Shown: positions 33,624 to 48,053, counted from the stretch's first letter. The stretch is DNA of 64,000 nt from Eukaryota sp. TZLM1-RC (GCA_040285825.1 JAUPSS010000003.1:2170001-2234000); one strand, 5' to 3'. The notes: generated by a model from the sequence alone, not told the origin. Program-made: numbers and translations.

Positions 33624-36291
33624 ATGCAACATCAGATCGTTTCCGATTTTCTACCTGCTGGGCTACACTACCTCTTGACCGATATTAATGTACCATCAGA
33701 GACAACTTCTCTCTTCTTGAATATTGCTCGAGGTTATCGCGATCACACAACACCTTCAGTGCAAGAAATTCTTCAAAATTGGCGTGATCAATGCTTCCGA
33801 ATGGCCAAACAACAAGACCCAACGAATCCTTTTCCTTCTCCAATCATCCAATCAGATCGATACTACGACTACAAGGGATCTGGTATATCTTGTGATGTTT
33901 ACTCAGCGTGGGTGCCTGATAATCGAACAAAGCGACTTATAGGTTGGGTGATCCAAACTTCTGGAAATCCTTATCCACAGATTTTCTTTTTCAACAATAA
34001 CACTGTCCTGTCGCCAGATATTCTTAGATTTGGTCATACAGACAAGAAGAATGAACCTTACCTCGCAGGACATTTTGGTGATGGTCTCAAAGCTGAGATC
34101 AACAGATTGCTGAATTCTGAAGCCGTTGTCAAGTATGATTTACTGTAACATTACTAATTGCAGAGTATCAACAGGTCCATCTACTTGGACATTCCGATAT
34201 GATGAAAAGCAATCTTTATACTGTGACATTAAAACATACATTACATCTTCTTCACCTGCAGAAGGTACGCTATTCCACGTTTCAAACATCAGAGATAAGA
34301 GCATTCATCTTGATCCCAGTAGATACCTATTTCTACAATCCAATGAAGATATTGGAGCTCATGTTCATATTCTAGATCAAGGAAGAATGTTTCGAATATT
34401 GTTGGAAAAGCGTTTTTGGCAGAAGATATTTTTTCATGGGATATACGTCACCGACTTTACCTCTGGTTTGTTCGAATTCGGCTTAGACTATAGTGGAGTC
34501 CTTTCGAGAAGCTTGGGAATTGGAGTTGAACGCAGCTACGTCAACAACAACACTTTATTGGAAAAGTTTCTTGAAGCTTGTGGTTCTTTGCAAACAAAAC
34601 AAAACCTTCAATTCCCCATTGAGTTATTGAATGAACTCAGGAGGCGTATCTTCAAATCACTGGAAAGCATGTCTTATTTTCCTTTCTTCAGGAGATTGTC
34701 AAACAAGAGATTATTGGGAGAGTTTCTCTATGAAGGTTTCTTATTGAACAGATGTGTAGATGAACCTGCAAAACATGAAGCAATGAAGCTGAAAACACCA
34801 TCTGATGGTTTTCCCAGAACGAAATACATACCAATGAGCCGTTCTGAAATTGAAGAGTGCAAGTCGGAATTAAATCTGTTTGGATGTGGTTGTACTGAGA
34901 TTCGTGATCAGCAGCTGCTGGATCTTCTTAGGCTCTCTTCCAAATGTCCTGTACTTGACACTATCAGACTTCAATTTGCCCAAGATTTTATGTCCTTACC
35001 AGAAATACTACCAGGGGACAGTAACGATCTTCCTTATCCAAACGAAATAATTCAAAGGGTTCAAACTGGTCGCTTTCCCACTCCTGAAGATGATCTTCTT
35101 GCTAGGCAGCTTCGGAACTTGATGGTACAACTCATTGAAGATGACAAAGTGCTTCCCTTTTGGTCAATTAGATTCAAACAATTCCTTCACGGAATGACAC
35201 CCAAACCAATAACTCCACTAAAACTTTCTAACCTGGTTTACTACGTGGTGGATCTGAACCAGTTCTCCCAAGAAAATTCTCATCGTATTAGCAAAAAGAA
35301 TGATCCTTCATTTGAATGCAGAAATCAAAACTGTTCATGCATTCATTTGTTTTTCTTGGAAGAAATTCTTCGTGCTGTTGATAGCGTTTTTCCCAGCATT
35401 ACACGCAAAGAATTAGTCAATAAGAAATTGCAAAGATTGTTACTCTCCCAAATCAGTACCTTGCCAACTCAAAAAAATATCCCTGATCATATTCCTGATT
35501 CTTTTGAAGTTCCTGAACATTCACCAACTCCAATTCAATCAAGTAGTAATTCGGTTCAGAATCCGGTACAGAAACCTTTAAGTGCAGTCAATGAACCATC
35601 TTTACCCAACCCATCTAGTGGTTCATCAAAAGGTCCACCAAGAGCTCCATCAAATGATAGCGATGATGGACCCTATTTAGAAAATGTTGTGGAACAAGCC
35701 TCCAACTGTGTTGAGGCAACAGGTAAATCTTCTACTGCTGATTCAGAAGTTCATCGTATTTTTCATGAAGCCAGAGTAGCACAGCAGGTTGCTTCCGTTG
35801 AATTTACAGAGGAGAAAGACGAAATGAATCTTGTCAAGAACGACCAATGTTGTTTGCTATTGAAACAGCTTGGCATGAATGTCACAGTATATTGTAACCC
35901 AAGGTTTGCTGATGTTTTTACCTCAAATCGAATGACTAGAGTCATGATGGACCTTGCTTGTGTGGTCTCTGTTATGTGGGGATGTTTTTATAACGACTCT
36001 AACACCAAATGTAATATTTTTTATGATGAATCTCGAACTATTGCTTTCAATAGGGCAGGACAACTCTTCTTTAATGTGTTTTTTCATTCAAAAATAGTAG
36101 ATTTAAATCTTGATCATGTACTGAGTCATTGGTTTGTGGTTTTTTGTCATGAGTTAGCCCATAATAAGATTTCAAATCATGGGAAGGAATTTGGGGCAGT
36201 AGTTGAACACATTACGATGACTTTTCTTCCTGTTTACACTCAAAAGATTGAAGAAATGAAAATGCTGCTATTGGCTCATCGTGATGGTTGA
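33624..36291 (+). CDS. GHKL (HATPase_c-like) ATPase fused to a C-terminal HExxH zinc metallopeptidase-like domain, about 878 aa; intron 34133-34163
   Basis: EILQNWRD (N-box), FGHTDK, AGHFGDGLK (G2 box); TIAFNRAGQLFFN...FCHELAHNKISNHGKEF; a 31-nt GTATGA...CTAATTGCAG intron joins the two ORFs in frame. Confidence 0.78.
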
Positions 36292-37289
36292 AATTGGCTT
36301 GTTACAATCGAGGGAATTCTTGGGAATTACAGTTGTCATCGTTCACCTGAAAACTTTTGTATATTTGTAAATAAAGATGTATGCACTATTATTTCCTTAA
36401 TCAGACAGGCCAAACACATAAAATGTGAAAATTCCCCTTTTAAAAAACCTTATCATTAAATTAAGAAATTATTATGGTTATGCCTGTTATCAGGCCAAAT
36501 GAAACAGTGCACTGAGAACATGTACTATCATCCAAGGAAACCAAAGATTCGTGGAATTTGTGCAATCAAACATGAAAAGGAACTGATTCGTGCGTCGTAC
36601 AAAAAATAAGCAAAATACACAGTATTTGTTTCATTTTTCTAGCGCTCTAGGTGGTATTTCCTGACCAACGTCGATGGTCACTGAACTATTTACTTTTTAC
36701 AAGTTCAGTAATTTTATGTCATTAGGAATGCTATTTGCAAAATTATTCTTTCCACCAAAAATTTTCACAAAAAAATTGAAGACCCAGTGAAATTAACCAG
36801 AGAAAAAGTGATGAAAAGATGATCTGTTTTATATTCCAGTTATATATAAAGACACCAAGCTTTGTGGTCAATTTTGTCCAACATTAACATCTCAAAAGAA
36901 ATTAAAGTTTTTTGATTAGATTAATTAAAAAAATTAAAAATTATATGTATATAGAGCGATCATCACTCACCAAAACAGTTTAGACCTCTCTTGAAATAAT
37001 GACCTTGGATAGTACATTGAAATAAATAAGATTTCAATTGTGGCAAGTTTCAGTGTCACTGTCATCAGAGATTGTTTCTCATGAGAAACAAATGACCTGT
37101 GTAGTACTTGGGATATCTTCAGAGAGTGGCTTGTTGCAAAAAGAGAATTTACCTTTGATGTTGTTTCCCGAGAGGCAGAAGTACAATCGACCCTGTTAAA
37201 CTTTTCTATTGTTTTGGAAGATGCTAAAAAATGAATTGGCAGATTTATGTCCATATCGAGCACAACAGATGGCGTCAGGACAAATAATC

Positions 37290-38770
37290 TATGATTTCAT
37301 GTTTTGGTTGCATTGTGACTATACCATAGGGTCATAAACCACTTGATCTTTTCATTAATGACGTCAATGTCCCCTTCATCAATTGTGATCAGTCGGTTTT
37401 CGTTTTTTGGGTTGTTATCTCGGAAATATTGATGATGTCAAAAGCAAACTTCCGATTCTGTTGATCCAATTTGGAAATGAATGAGAATCAATAGAAAATT
37501 TAAATATTGAAAAACATTTGAAATTCTTTTTCCTAAAAATTTGTTATTCTGAAAAATTTACTCATATTTTGAAATCATCATCACCATCAATTCCTTTGAA
37601 ATTTTGTCTATTTTTTTATGAACAAAAAACCAATTTTTGAGCAAAATTATTGGAAATTGATGTATCTCGAAGCCAAATGTTGTTTGGTACAGTTTTTGGT
37701 GGTGTTAATTTTCATAAATCAAGCTATCTTTGTAAAACTGCCTTTATTGGAGGCGGAAAAATTTGATTTTTAAATTTGTGAATCGCTTTCCAGAAAAGTT
37801 GATCTCATTGAAAACTCCGGCAGCTCTTATCTTACTTCTTTACAACAGGAAATTGAAACTCTTTCACCAAATATTTGGTCTAAATGTTTTCCCTCTGATA
37901 TTGTGGAACTTCCTTCCAGAAGCTTGCTCTCATTACCACTGACTTTTGCAAAATTGCAGAAAAAAATCTTAAAAACTTCTTAATCTTAGAAAACTTGGAT
38001 TATATTGTACGTCTAAGCTTGGCTAAGGAAAAAATCCCGTAGTTTTTTGAAAACTTTTTGATTGATCTTGAAGACAGTTGCTCAAGTTGCCTAATCTCCC
38101 AAATTCCCGACATTTATGGCCTTTTACTTAATGATCACCAATGGACCACTGCAGTGAGAATGAGATGTTTCTTATGGCCATGTTCGTTACCCAATGATTT
38201 ATTTTGTCGCTGCAAGAGTGTGGTTACACTTTCCCATTTTTCAAACTGCAAATATTTTATAACTTATCGCTCAATTGTTCATGACTCTGTTCGTGATCAA
38301 TTATATGTCATGTGCAAAATTTTCAATATAGAGGCATTTATTGAATCTTTAGTTCGTAAGCTATGTCCAGATCAAACTGATGATTCTTTTGGTAAAAGAA
38401 GGGCTGATTTAGAAGCTCCAGGGATCGATGGTGTTCTCAATGTTGTGCATGTTGTCACAGTACATGTCTGCAAAAATTCTGCTGCTCGTTTGGTGTATTC
38501 CGCTGATTCTCCGCTATTTGACGCCGAAAAAAAGAAAATAAAAAATATGAAGAACCATTGGCACAATTAGATAGAGTCGAACATGTGAAATATCAATTTG
38601 TACCGTTTGCAATTTCTCTTTTTGCACAATATTGGACCTTCAGGATTACACCTTTTTGAAAACTTTAAAAAAGTTGTATTGGATATGTCTGGTAAAACAA
38701 TGAACTCCACTTCCTTGTTAAGTAGAATTGTTTTTTGCATTTTCAAGTCTACTTTATCAAAGCTCAAAAT
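37290..38770 (+). mobile_element. CRE family C, 5'-truncated degenerate copy without the B insertion
   Basis: Aligns to about 50975-51160 + 52883-53950; GKRRADL, HDSVRDQ. Confidence 0.85.
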
Positions 38771-38998
38771 ATTAAATAAATTATTATGTTTTGATTGGAT
38801 GGTCTGGTAAATGAATGTTAAATGAGAATGAATCTGATTACTAATGCTTCCCAACAAAAGGTGAAAGCTATGTGCTTGAAAGTAATTGTGCCCAATTAAA
38901 TGATGAAATTTTCCAGAAGATACATTAATCAATAAAAAAAGCTTAAAATACATTGCGTTTATTCAACACTTAATTAATTCTTTAATTTCTTCTTTTTA

Positions 38999-41082
38999 TT
39001 AATTAATTTTTTTCTCTTTTACAGTTCTTTGCGCTCTGAAAAACGTCACGCTTTCAGGATCTTTAATCAAATTATTTTGATCTTCAGTAACCTCAGCAAT
39101 TTCCTTTGAATCCATTAACTCTCCAGCCATCGCTATTGAAGGAACATTATGGGTACTTGAATACCAATTCTCAAAATCATGAATTAACTTTGCTCTCACT
39201 GCATCAATATTAGTTTCTAAAGAAGAAATTTCAATTTTGGCAGTTTTGAATAGTTCAAAAATGTTCTTGTATTTGAGCTTCAACGCTTCAAACTGATTGA
39301 CCTCTTCGGAAACTGAACCAGGTTCTGAATTGTCCAGAACTGATTTTAATTCATCTAATTGAGATTTAATTGAATTAATTTCTTGACCAATTACTTTAGC
39401 TTCTGTCTTTTTCTTTTTTAAATCATTTTTTAATTGAATTAATTTTGATTGCAATTCTGACCCATCTTGCTTTTTGAAAATCTCAAATGCTTCATTCTTG
39501 GGTACTTGACCTTCTACTGCTCTGAGTGAAACAACGGTCGAAATTGATGGAGTTTTAACCCGCTGACGTGACTGTTCCATTGACTTCAACGGACTATCAC
39601 GTGAGAATGATTGGGGAGGTAATTCTCTACCTAAACTAAAATTAAGGGAATTTTCTTCATCTCCTACTGTTTCACCAGGTTCTTCACTGGTCACATGATT
39701 GGTGACGTCATCACGGTCAAAATTAACTGGTTGATGAATAGACCTTTCAAGATTTTTCAATTTTTGATCTTTTTGCAGAATTAGTTTTTTAAAATGCTGC
39801 ATTATCAAATACATCTGCGTAACAGATTTAATTTCAATTTCGTCCAAGTCGTTAGTGATGTATAACTCAACATCTTCTTCTACTTTTTGCTTAAATTCTT
39901 CTGTTGGTTCAGCAAAGCTGGTTCTATTATTAAGTGAGTCATACATCGCCAATTCTTGTTTGAGGAGCTTGACTTCGTTTTCTAACTGCTTGATTCTCGC
40001 TTGGGGGTCAATGTAACTATTTTTAGAAACAGTCGTTTTTAACCGTCGAACACGTGATGCAAATCTTAAAGTACTGACAGTTTCCTCTAAATTTGCCAAC
40101 TCCCCACTAATAGTAGCAATCATTGTGGTATTACAATTAACAAGTGAATCTTTCAATAACAAACCGAGCTTTGATTGCCGAAAAGGAACATGGCTTCTTT
40201 TCTTATCCAAAGCTACTATAACTTGTTCAAGAAAGGATAAAGATTTATTAATAAACTTGGCCTCGTCAAGGGTGCTCCCGCTTGCATTGGTTTTCTTAAC
40301 TCTTTCACTACCAGCCAAGTCCACTAAATGAAGCTTCGAAAATGTTACTATTTCTGGACTTTCAAATTTAGTTCTAGATTCAACAAAAATGGAGAAAATA
40401 GCATGAGATCTTGAAGAACATTGGTTAAGAACATGTGAAGCAACACTTCTATTGGCTTCTCCTTCAAATAAATAGGAAAGTGCCTTCTCTTCTGTATCAG
40501 CTATTAATAACCTTTGCCCAGAGACTGATATATTACCGTCTTGAGACTCTTGGATGGAGAGCTGAGGTGCATTGTAGTCGTTGACATCACGTAACAGATC
40601 AGTGAGCGAATCGTTATAGATTTCAAGAAATCCTATTTTGATCGTAAAATCAAGCTCTGGTTGGTTGTCAATAGCAATAAACAAATCAGAAAGTACCCTT
40701 GGAATGATTCCCCTTGCTTGGAAATTGGAAGTTTCACCAACAATGGAGTAAGTTTTACCACTACCTGTTTGACTAAGATAAGGTGAAAAGATAGTACATA
40801 CCCGTAGGCAAAGACCGTACCATTGTAACCATTGATGAGAGGGTGGACAAGAGCAGAAGCCGCAGATTGATAGACTTCTTCTTGAGAGGCGTTGTGGAGA
40901 ATGCCGTCAAAAGTAAAGTCAAATGATTGTTTTTGGTTTTGAGGACCGTAGCTTACCTCAGCAGGAATTCTGGTGGTTATGGAAGAACGATCATTGATGA
41001 CAAGATTGTCATGTGCAAAGGATGGGGTAGGACGAACACGAACAAGGACCTTGATTGCCTCCTTTGAAGGTTTCTCTGTCAT
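38999..41082 (-). CDS. KIF9: kinesin-9 family motor (KIF9-like); intron 40773-40801
   Basis: IKVLVRVRP; splicing restores AYGQTGSGKT; SSRSH, LVDLAGSER, HVPFRQSKL; KIF9-like neck ELAMYDSL. Confidence 0.9.
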
Positions 41083-41614
41083 TGGAATATGTAAAAAGCG
41101 GTTGATGTGGGGTTCAATGTCAGGAAATGCATTCAAATTCCATTTCTGGATTTTACCATCCAAACAGGCTCATACTTACATTGGCAGGTTCGGCGGCAGC
41201 TCAGCAACAGTGTTTAATAGTTTTAGTCTTAATTATTATCAATAAACTAAACAAACATTGTGTTCCATTTTCCATAAAATTGTTCTTCAGAATTTGTTCT
41301 TAAACAGTTCCATGACATATGTGAGGATAAAGTTTATTGCAGAAACAATTGAATTGTTGAAATCATCAATGTACCTGAAACAAGATAATCTAATAATGGA
41401 AGGTTTGCGCCAAGATATTCAGCAACCAAAGAGCAGGAATTGTCCGGTGGAAGGAAAATGGTATTCGATCCTAATGTGATTAGAACATAGATCATCTTTA
41501 TCTGAAATTCACAACTAAAGTAATAAACACATATTGATAATAATTGAATATCAATCAAATAATGTATTTGCTTTATATCAGCATATTAGTAAACAAAACT
41601 AGTCACCCCAATTC

Positions 41615-44180
41615 TCTCACACAAGAAATCTAAATATAAGTGGACGGTTCAACAATCTAAAAATGTCAAAAAACGTTTTGAGTCTTTGATTTTTCGTTCA
41701 CAATACTCTTCAGGTCTTAAATTATTGGCTGGTTCTTCTCCTGCAGCTTTCAATGATGAAACTGTGGATTCTTTAAATTCTCTTCATCCACCTGAAGACT
41801 TCACCATAAATCACATCGTCTCTGATAATGAACGTGATTTCTTCACTGCTAATCCTATTACTTCTGATGAAGTCAGTGTAGCTATTGAAGGAATTCCGTC
41901 TGGTCGTTTTGCTGGGCCTTTTGGACTTAGTTATGATCATTTGAAGTCGGCCGTTAACATATGTCCAGAAATCGTGGATGATTTAGCTTTCTTTTTGAAT
42001 ATTGTTATCATGGGACGTTTCAAGTTACCACAAGCGTTAACGGCATCTCGTTTAGTTGCTTTAAGTAAGCCTGGAGGTGGTGTCAGACCTATTGCTGTTG
42101 GTGAGTCCATAATGAGATTATTAGCAATTATTTCTTTTAAAAGAGTTAAGTCATCCGCAATTAATTTTTTTCGTCCTTATCAGTTTGCTATCGGAATTCC
42201 TGATGGCACAACTTCTGCTGCGTTGTGTACAGATTTACTTTTCAATCAAAAAGGCGAAAATTATTTATTGAACATTGATTTTAAAAATGCTTTCAACTCG
42301 GTTTTTCGCTCTAGTATTTTGCAAGAACTTGAACTACATTGTTCTCCACTTTGGCCGTATTTTAAATTGATGTATGGATCACCCTCTAACCTAATTTTCC
42401 ATTTTGAGAATATTGTTTCGTCAAGAGGCGTCAAACAAGGGGATCCATTGGGTCCATTTTTCTTTTGCTTAGCACTGCAATCAGTTTTGGTAAAATTTAA
42501 GTCGGATTTTCCAGACATTCATATATGTGCTTATGCAGTTGATTTATCACTTATCGGCCCTTTGTCTCTTTTACAACACGGTTTACAACATTTTGTTTTT
42601 CTGGCCAAACAAAAAGGGTTAGACATTAAATTGCCCAAGTGTTTCATTATTGGTAATCAGCATGCGGAGGTGGCATTTAATGAAACTTTTATCAAATACG
42701 TTGATTACGAGGAAGATGCTATTCGGTTTCTTGTATCTTATTTTCGAAATAGTGAAAAAGGTAAATCGATTTTGTCAGGTATTTTGGAAAAAATCGAAGA
42801 GCAACTTTTGGCTATTCAAGATCTAGAAATTGACAAACATTTAGCGTTTTCGGTCCTAAATGTGTGTTTTGGATCAAAAATTAATCATCTTCTTCGTTCT
42901 TTATCTCCCACAATTTCTCATGATTTTGCACGTCAATTTAATACTTTGAGAACAAGTTTCTTAGAAAATTTAGTAGAAGTTTGTCCATCTAAAATTCCTT
43001 ATCATGCATTTTTTAGTCCTAAATTTGGTGGAGTTGGTTTTTCAAAAGCAGAGTATTTATGCAAAAGTGCTTTTATTGGTGGTATGAAAAATTTTCTTTT
43101 TGAGTGGAAACTTCGGTTTGATCATATTCCTTTAAATAAATCACATCCTTTATTAATTTCGCTCGAAAACATGGTGCAGGAACTACCTATTGATGTTTGG
43201 AATAGGAGTTTTCCTTCAAATTTGCCTGCTGTGCCTTCGAGATCTTTTTCCAATCTTCATCTTGCTGTTGTGAAATTACAGAAGTCTGTTCTTATTGGTT
43301 TTGAAGACCTGGATTTTTCTAAACGACTTAGTGTGACTAAGATTAATAATCCCGTCTTTGCTGCCTTTTTATCAGACATTCAGAACTGCACTAGTTTAAT
43401 ATCTCAGCAACCAAGGCCATTTGGTCTTCACTTAACAAATGAAGCTTGGAAACAAAACATGCTGTTGAGATTAGGGATCTATCCAAGTGGTCTTTTGGAC
43501 AAGTCTTATTGTATTTGTAACAAAAAACCTACTGCCAATTTCCGTCATATTGTGAGTTGTAAGAAATTTCTCCAATATAGGTCAGTTCTTCAAAATGCCG
43601 TTCGTGATGTGATATATGAGATGTTCAAGTGTTACAATTTGAGTTGCAAAGTAGAACCTTTCTTGAAGCATTATAGTGATGATAACCTGTTTAATTCACG
43701 TCGAGGTGATTTAATTGCTCCTTTTGTTGATTCCTCTCAAGTTGTTGTTGATTTCACTACAGTTAATCCCTTTGCTTTTGTTTATCGCGATGATGTTTTA
43801 CTTAGTACTAATGGTCATTTAAACAAGGCTGAAGATCGTAAGAGAAATTAATATACTGAGATATTGAATGATTTAAATAAGAATCTTTACTCGAAGTTTT
43901 CGTTTGTTCCTTTTGCCTTTTCGATTTTTGGCAACATTGGACAATCCGCCTTGAATTGCATCAATGATTTTGCTAATTTATGTCGTTCAAGTGGTAAGAA
44001 TTTTGCAGGGAATTTATGGAAGAATCGTATCATTTTCGCTTTGTTCAGAAGTGTTCCCAAGTACTTGAGTTTAATGATGTCCAAACTTTATAAGAATTCA
44101 TCAAGAGTTGGCGTGGAGAATTTAGTTTCTTATGTGTTTTAGTTTGTTTTGTTTTTATTTGATTCTTTGTAGAAAATAGT
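41615..44180 (+). mobile_element. CRE family A copy A1 (5'-truncated; RT + CCHC + RLE; YAVD catalytic mutation, premature stop at 43849)
   Basis: RPIAVGES, DFKNAFNSV, GVKQGDPLGP, CICNKK..HIVSC, RRGDL..VDFT..AEDRK. Confidence 0.93.
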
Positions 44181-44218
44181 TGTTTATGATAAGATTTGTC
44201 ATTTTTAATGGAGTCCTC

Positions 44219-44378
44219 GTATTCAATTTGCCATTATTAAAAGATCCTCGGTTTTTCAATCGAATAAGAGAAGCTTTAGCTAGACAGCAAGCAGATCAAG
44301 ATTTTGCAGAAGAAATCTTGGTGCAATGATATTCGTACCATTAGTTATGAATAAATTAAATTAAGTGTACATGTTCAA
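44219..44378 (+). mobile_element. short family B 3' fragment, split by A2 (last bases at 47154-47160)
   Basis: ATTCAATTTGCCATT...AAGTGTACATGTTCAA. Confidence 0.8.
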
Positions 44379-47143
44379 AACCATTTATATAAAGAATCAA
44401 ATAAAAACAAAACAAACTAAAACACATAAGAAACTAAATTCTCCACGCCAACTCTTGATGAATCCTTATAAAGTTTAGACATCATTAAACTCAAGTACTT
44501 GGGAACACTTCTGAACAAAGCGAAAATGATACGATTTTTCCATAAATTCTCTGCAAAATTCTTACCACTTGAACGACATAAATTACCAAAATCATTGATG
44601 AAATTCAAGGCGGATTGTCCAATGTTGCCAAAAATCGGAAAGGCAAAAGGAACAAACGAAAACTTCGAATAAAGGTTCTTATTTAAATCATTTAATATCT
44701 CAGCATATTTATCTCTCTTACGATCTTCAGCCTTGTTTAAATGACCATTAGTACTAAGTAAAACATCATCGCGATAAACAAAAGCAAAGGGATCAACTGT
44801 AGTGAAATCAACAACAACTTGAGAGGAATCCACAAAAGGAGCAATTAAATCACCTCGACGTGAATTAAAAAGATTATCATCACTATAATGCTTCAACAAA
44901 GGTTCTACTTTGCAACTAAAATTGTAACACTTGAACATCTCATATGTCACATCACGAACGGCATTATGAAGAACTGACCTATATTGAAGAAATTTCTTAC
45001 AGCTCACAATATGACGAAAATTGGCAGTAGGTTTTTTGTTACAAATACAATAAGAATTGTCCAAAAGACCACTTGGATACATCCCTAATCTCAACCGCAT
45101 GTTTTGTTTCCAAGCTTCATTTGTTAAAAGAAGACCAAATGGCCTTGGTTGCTGAGATATTAAACTAGTACAGTTCTGAATGTCTGCTAAAAAGGCAGCA
45201 AAGACGGGATTATTAATCTTAGTCACACTAAGTCGTTTAGAAAAATCCAGGTCTTCAAAACCAATAAGAACAGACTTCTGTAATTTCACAACAGCAAGAT
45301 GAAGGTTGGTGACTCGAAGGCACAGCAGGCAAACTTGAAGGAAAACTCCTATTCCAAATATCAGCAGGTAGTTCTTGCACCATTTTTTCAAGAGAAATTA
45401 ATAAAGGATGTGATTCATTTAAAGGAATATGATCAAAACGAAGTTTCCATTCAAAAAGAAAATTTTTCATACCACCAATAAAAGCACTTTTGCATAAATA
45501 CTCTGCTTTTGAAAAACCAACTCCACCAAATTTAGGACTAAAAAATGCATGATAAGGAATTTTAGATGGACAAACTTCTACTAAATTTCCTAAGAAACTT
45601 GTTCTCAAAGTATTGAATTGACGTACAAAATCATGAGAAATTGTGGGAGATAAAGAACGAAGAAGATGATTAATTTTTGATCCAAAACACACATTTAGGA
45701 CCGAAAACGCTAAATGTTTGTCAATTTCTAGATCTTGAATAGCGAAAAGTTGCTCTTCGATTTTTTCCAAAATACCTGACAAAATCGATTTACCTTTTTC
45801 ACTATTTCGAAAATAAGATCCAAGAAACCGAATAGCATCTTCCTCGTAATCAACGTATTTGATAAAAGTTTCATTAAATGCCACCTCCGCATGCTGATTA
45901 CCAATAATGAAACACTTGGGCAATTTGATGTCTAACCCTTTTTGTTTGGCCAGAAAAACAAAATGTTGTAAACCGTGTTGTAAAAGAGACAAAGGGCCAA
46001 TAAGTGATAAATCATCTGCATAAGCACATATATGAATGTCAGGAAAATCCGACTTAAATTTTACCAAAACTGATTGCAGTGCTAAGCAAAAGAAAAATGG
46101 ACCCAATGGATCCCCTTGTTTGACCCCTCTTGACGAAACAATATTCTCAGAATGAAAAATTAAGTTAGAGGGTGATCCATACATCAATTTAAAATACGGC
46201 AAAAGTGGAGGATACTGTAGTTCAAGTTCTTGCAAAATACTGGAGCGAAAAACGGAGTTGAAAGCATTTTTAAAATCAATGTTCAATAAATAATTTTTGC
46301 CTTTTTGATTGAAAAGTAAATCTGTACACAACGCAGCACATGTTGTGCCATCAGGAATTCCGATAGCAAACTGATAAGGACGAAAAAATTAATTGCGGAT
46401 GACTTAACTCTTTTAAAAGAAATAATTGCTAATAATCTCGTTATGGACTCACCAACAGCAATAGGTCTGACACCACCTCCAGGCTTATTTAAAGCAACTA
46501 AACGAGATGCCATTAACGCTTGTGGTAACTTGAAACGTCCCATGATGACACTATTAAAAAAGAACACTAAATCATCCACGATTTCTGGACATATGTTGAC
46601 TGCGGACTTCAAATGATCATAACTAAGTCCTGAAGGCCCAGCAGAACGACCAGACGGAAGTCCTTTAATAGCTACCCTAACTTCATCACAAGTGATAGGA
46701 TTAGCAGTGAAGAAATCACGTTCATTATCAGAGACTATGTGATTTATGGTGAAGTCTTCAGGTGGATGAAGAGAATTTAAAGAATCCAATGTTTCATCAT
46801 TGAAGGCAGCAGGAGAAGAACCAGCCAATAATTTAAGTGCTGAAGAGTATTGTGAACGAAGAATATAGACTCAAAGCGTTTTTTTGACATTTTGAGATTG
46901 TGGAACCGACTTCTTATATTTAGATTTCTTGTGTGAAGACATAGCCTTAGAAAGAAAAAATTTCCAAAAAATCGAAGGATTCCAAATGCCCATTCGAAGA
47001 GAGAAGGTTAAAGATCGAATAACTGTTGCAAGAGAAGACGAATGAGCAGGAGAAACGAATTGAGGGATTGTAAATGGAGGTCTACAAGGATCAATTGGCG
47101 TGCAAGAATCACAAACCAAAAGAGGTCGACCCGAAACATTGAA
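44379..47143 (-). mobile_element. CRE family A copy A2 (5'-truncated, YADD intact, frameshifted)
   Basis: Reverse complement of A1; TSD ACATGTTCAA at 44369-44378 and 47144-47153. Confidence 0.93.
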
Positions 47144-47167
47144 ACATGTTCAATAAATATTTATTAT

Positions 47168-47722
47168 TCAAATTTCACAACATTATCCACACAAATGGAT
47201 TTAATATTGCAGTAGGATTTGTTCGTCGGGATTTACAGGGTCAGAAATGTAAGCCAGACAACAAGGCCAGTATTTCTGATCTATATGTTGATGATGTTGA
47301 TGTTGCTGTTTTTCAAGATAAACTAATTGTTGCATGTGATTCTGGAAACTGATTTATTGTATTTTGGAAGTAAAAAAGCGGATCAAGAACTAGCCATGGT
47401 TCTTGAACATGAAACTGAACAGCAAAGCAATAGTCGGGTGATGAATAAAGACAAGAAGTACAAATGGTTAAGAATGACTGGTCTTTGAAAAGTAGGATTA
47501 ATGAAAAACAAAAACGATGGGCAACGAAAATATACTGAGGTAGATTCCGACATGAACCAAATGATAGAGTCTAACGAAAAGACAATCGAAGATCCAAACA
47601 CCGAATAATTGGTGTTCGCTGCCAATTCAGCAACTTTTATAGATTTTTCCAACTGTGTGCTTGTCAAACTTCAGCAAGTTTTTTTGACAATTGACTTTTA
47701 CGGTCTTGACTTGACTTGTGGA
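47168..47722 (+). pseudogene. second Fanzor1 fragment (RuvC-I region)
   Basis: Collinear with about 32258-32818 (NIIHTNGFNIAV..QGQKCKP..LIVACDSG). Confidence 0.88.
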
Positions 47723-48053
47723 TAAATGCATAGAAGAAGGTTAAAAATGGATCTGAAGAAGGATTCAAATTGATGAAAATGGGTGACCAATTTACTTACT
47801 TTCATGGTGATCCTTGTTATGGAGAATTTTTGCAAAGTTATGAGTTGAAAATTAAACGTTCAAATTTGAGTGCACCCAATTTTACTTTTGCCGACCTTCC
47901 CGTGCACCAACAGCGTATTTCTGTCTACTGGATAGGTTGGAGTTGGTTGGTGGTGTTCAAAAAATTATAAATTTTAAAATAATTAAATTTTTATAAATTA
48001 TTGTTATTATAACCAATTATTAAAATACATATTTGCTACAATCAAATAATAAC

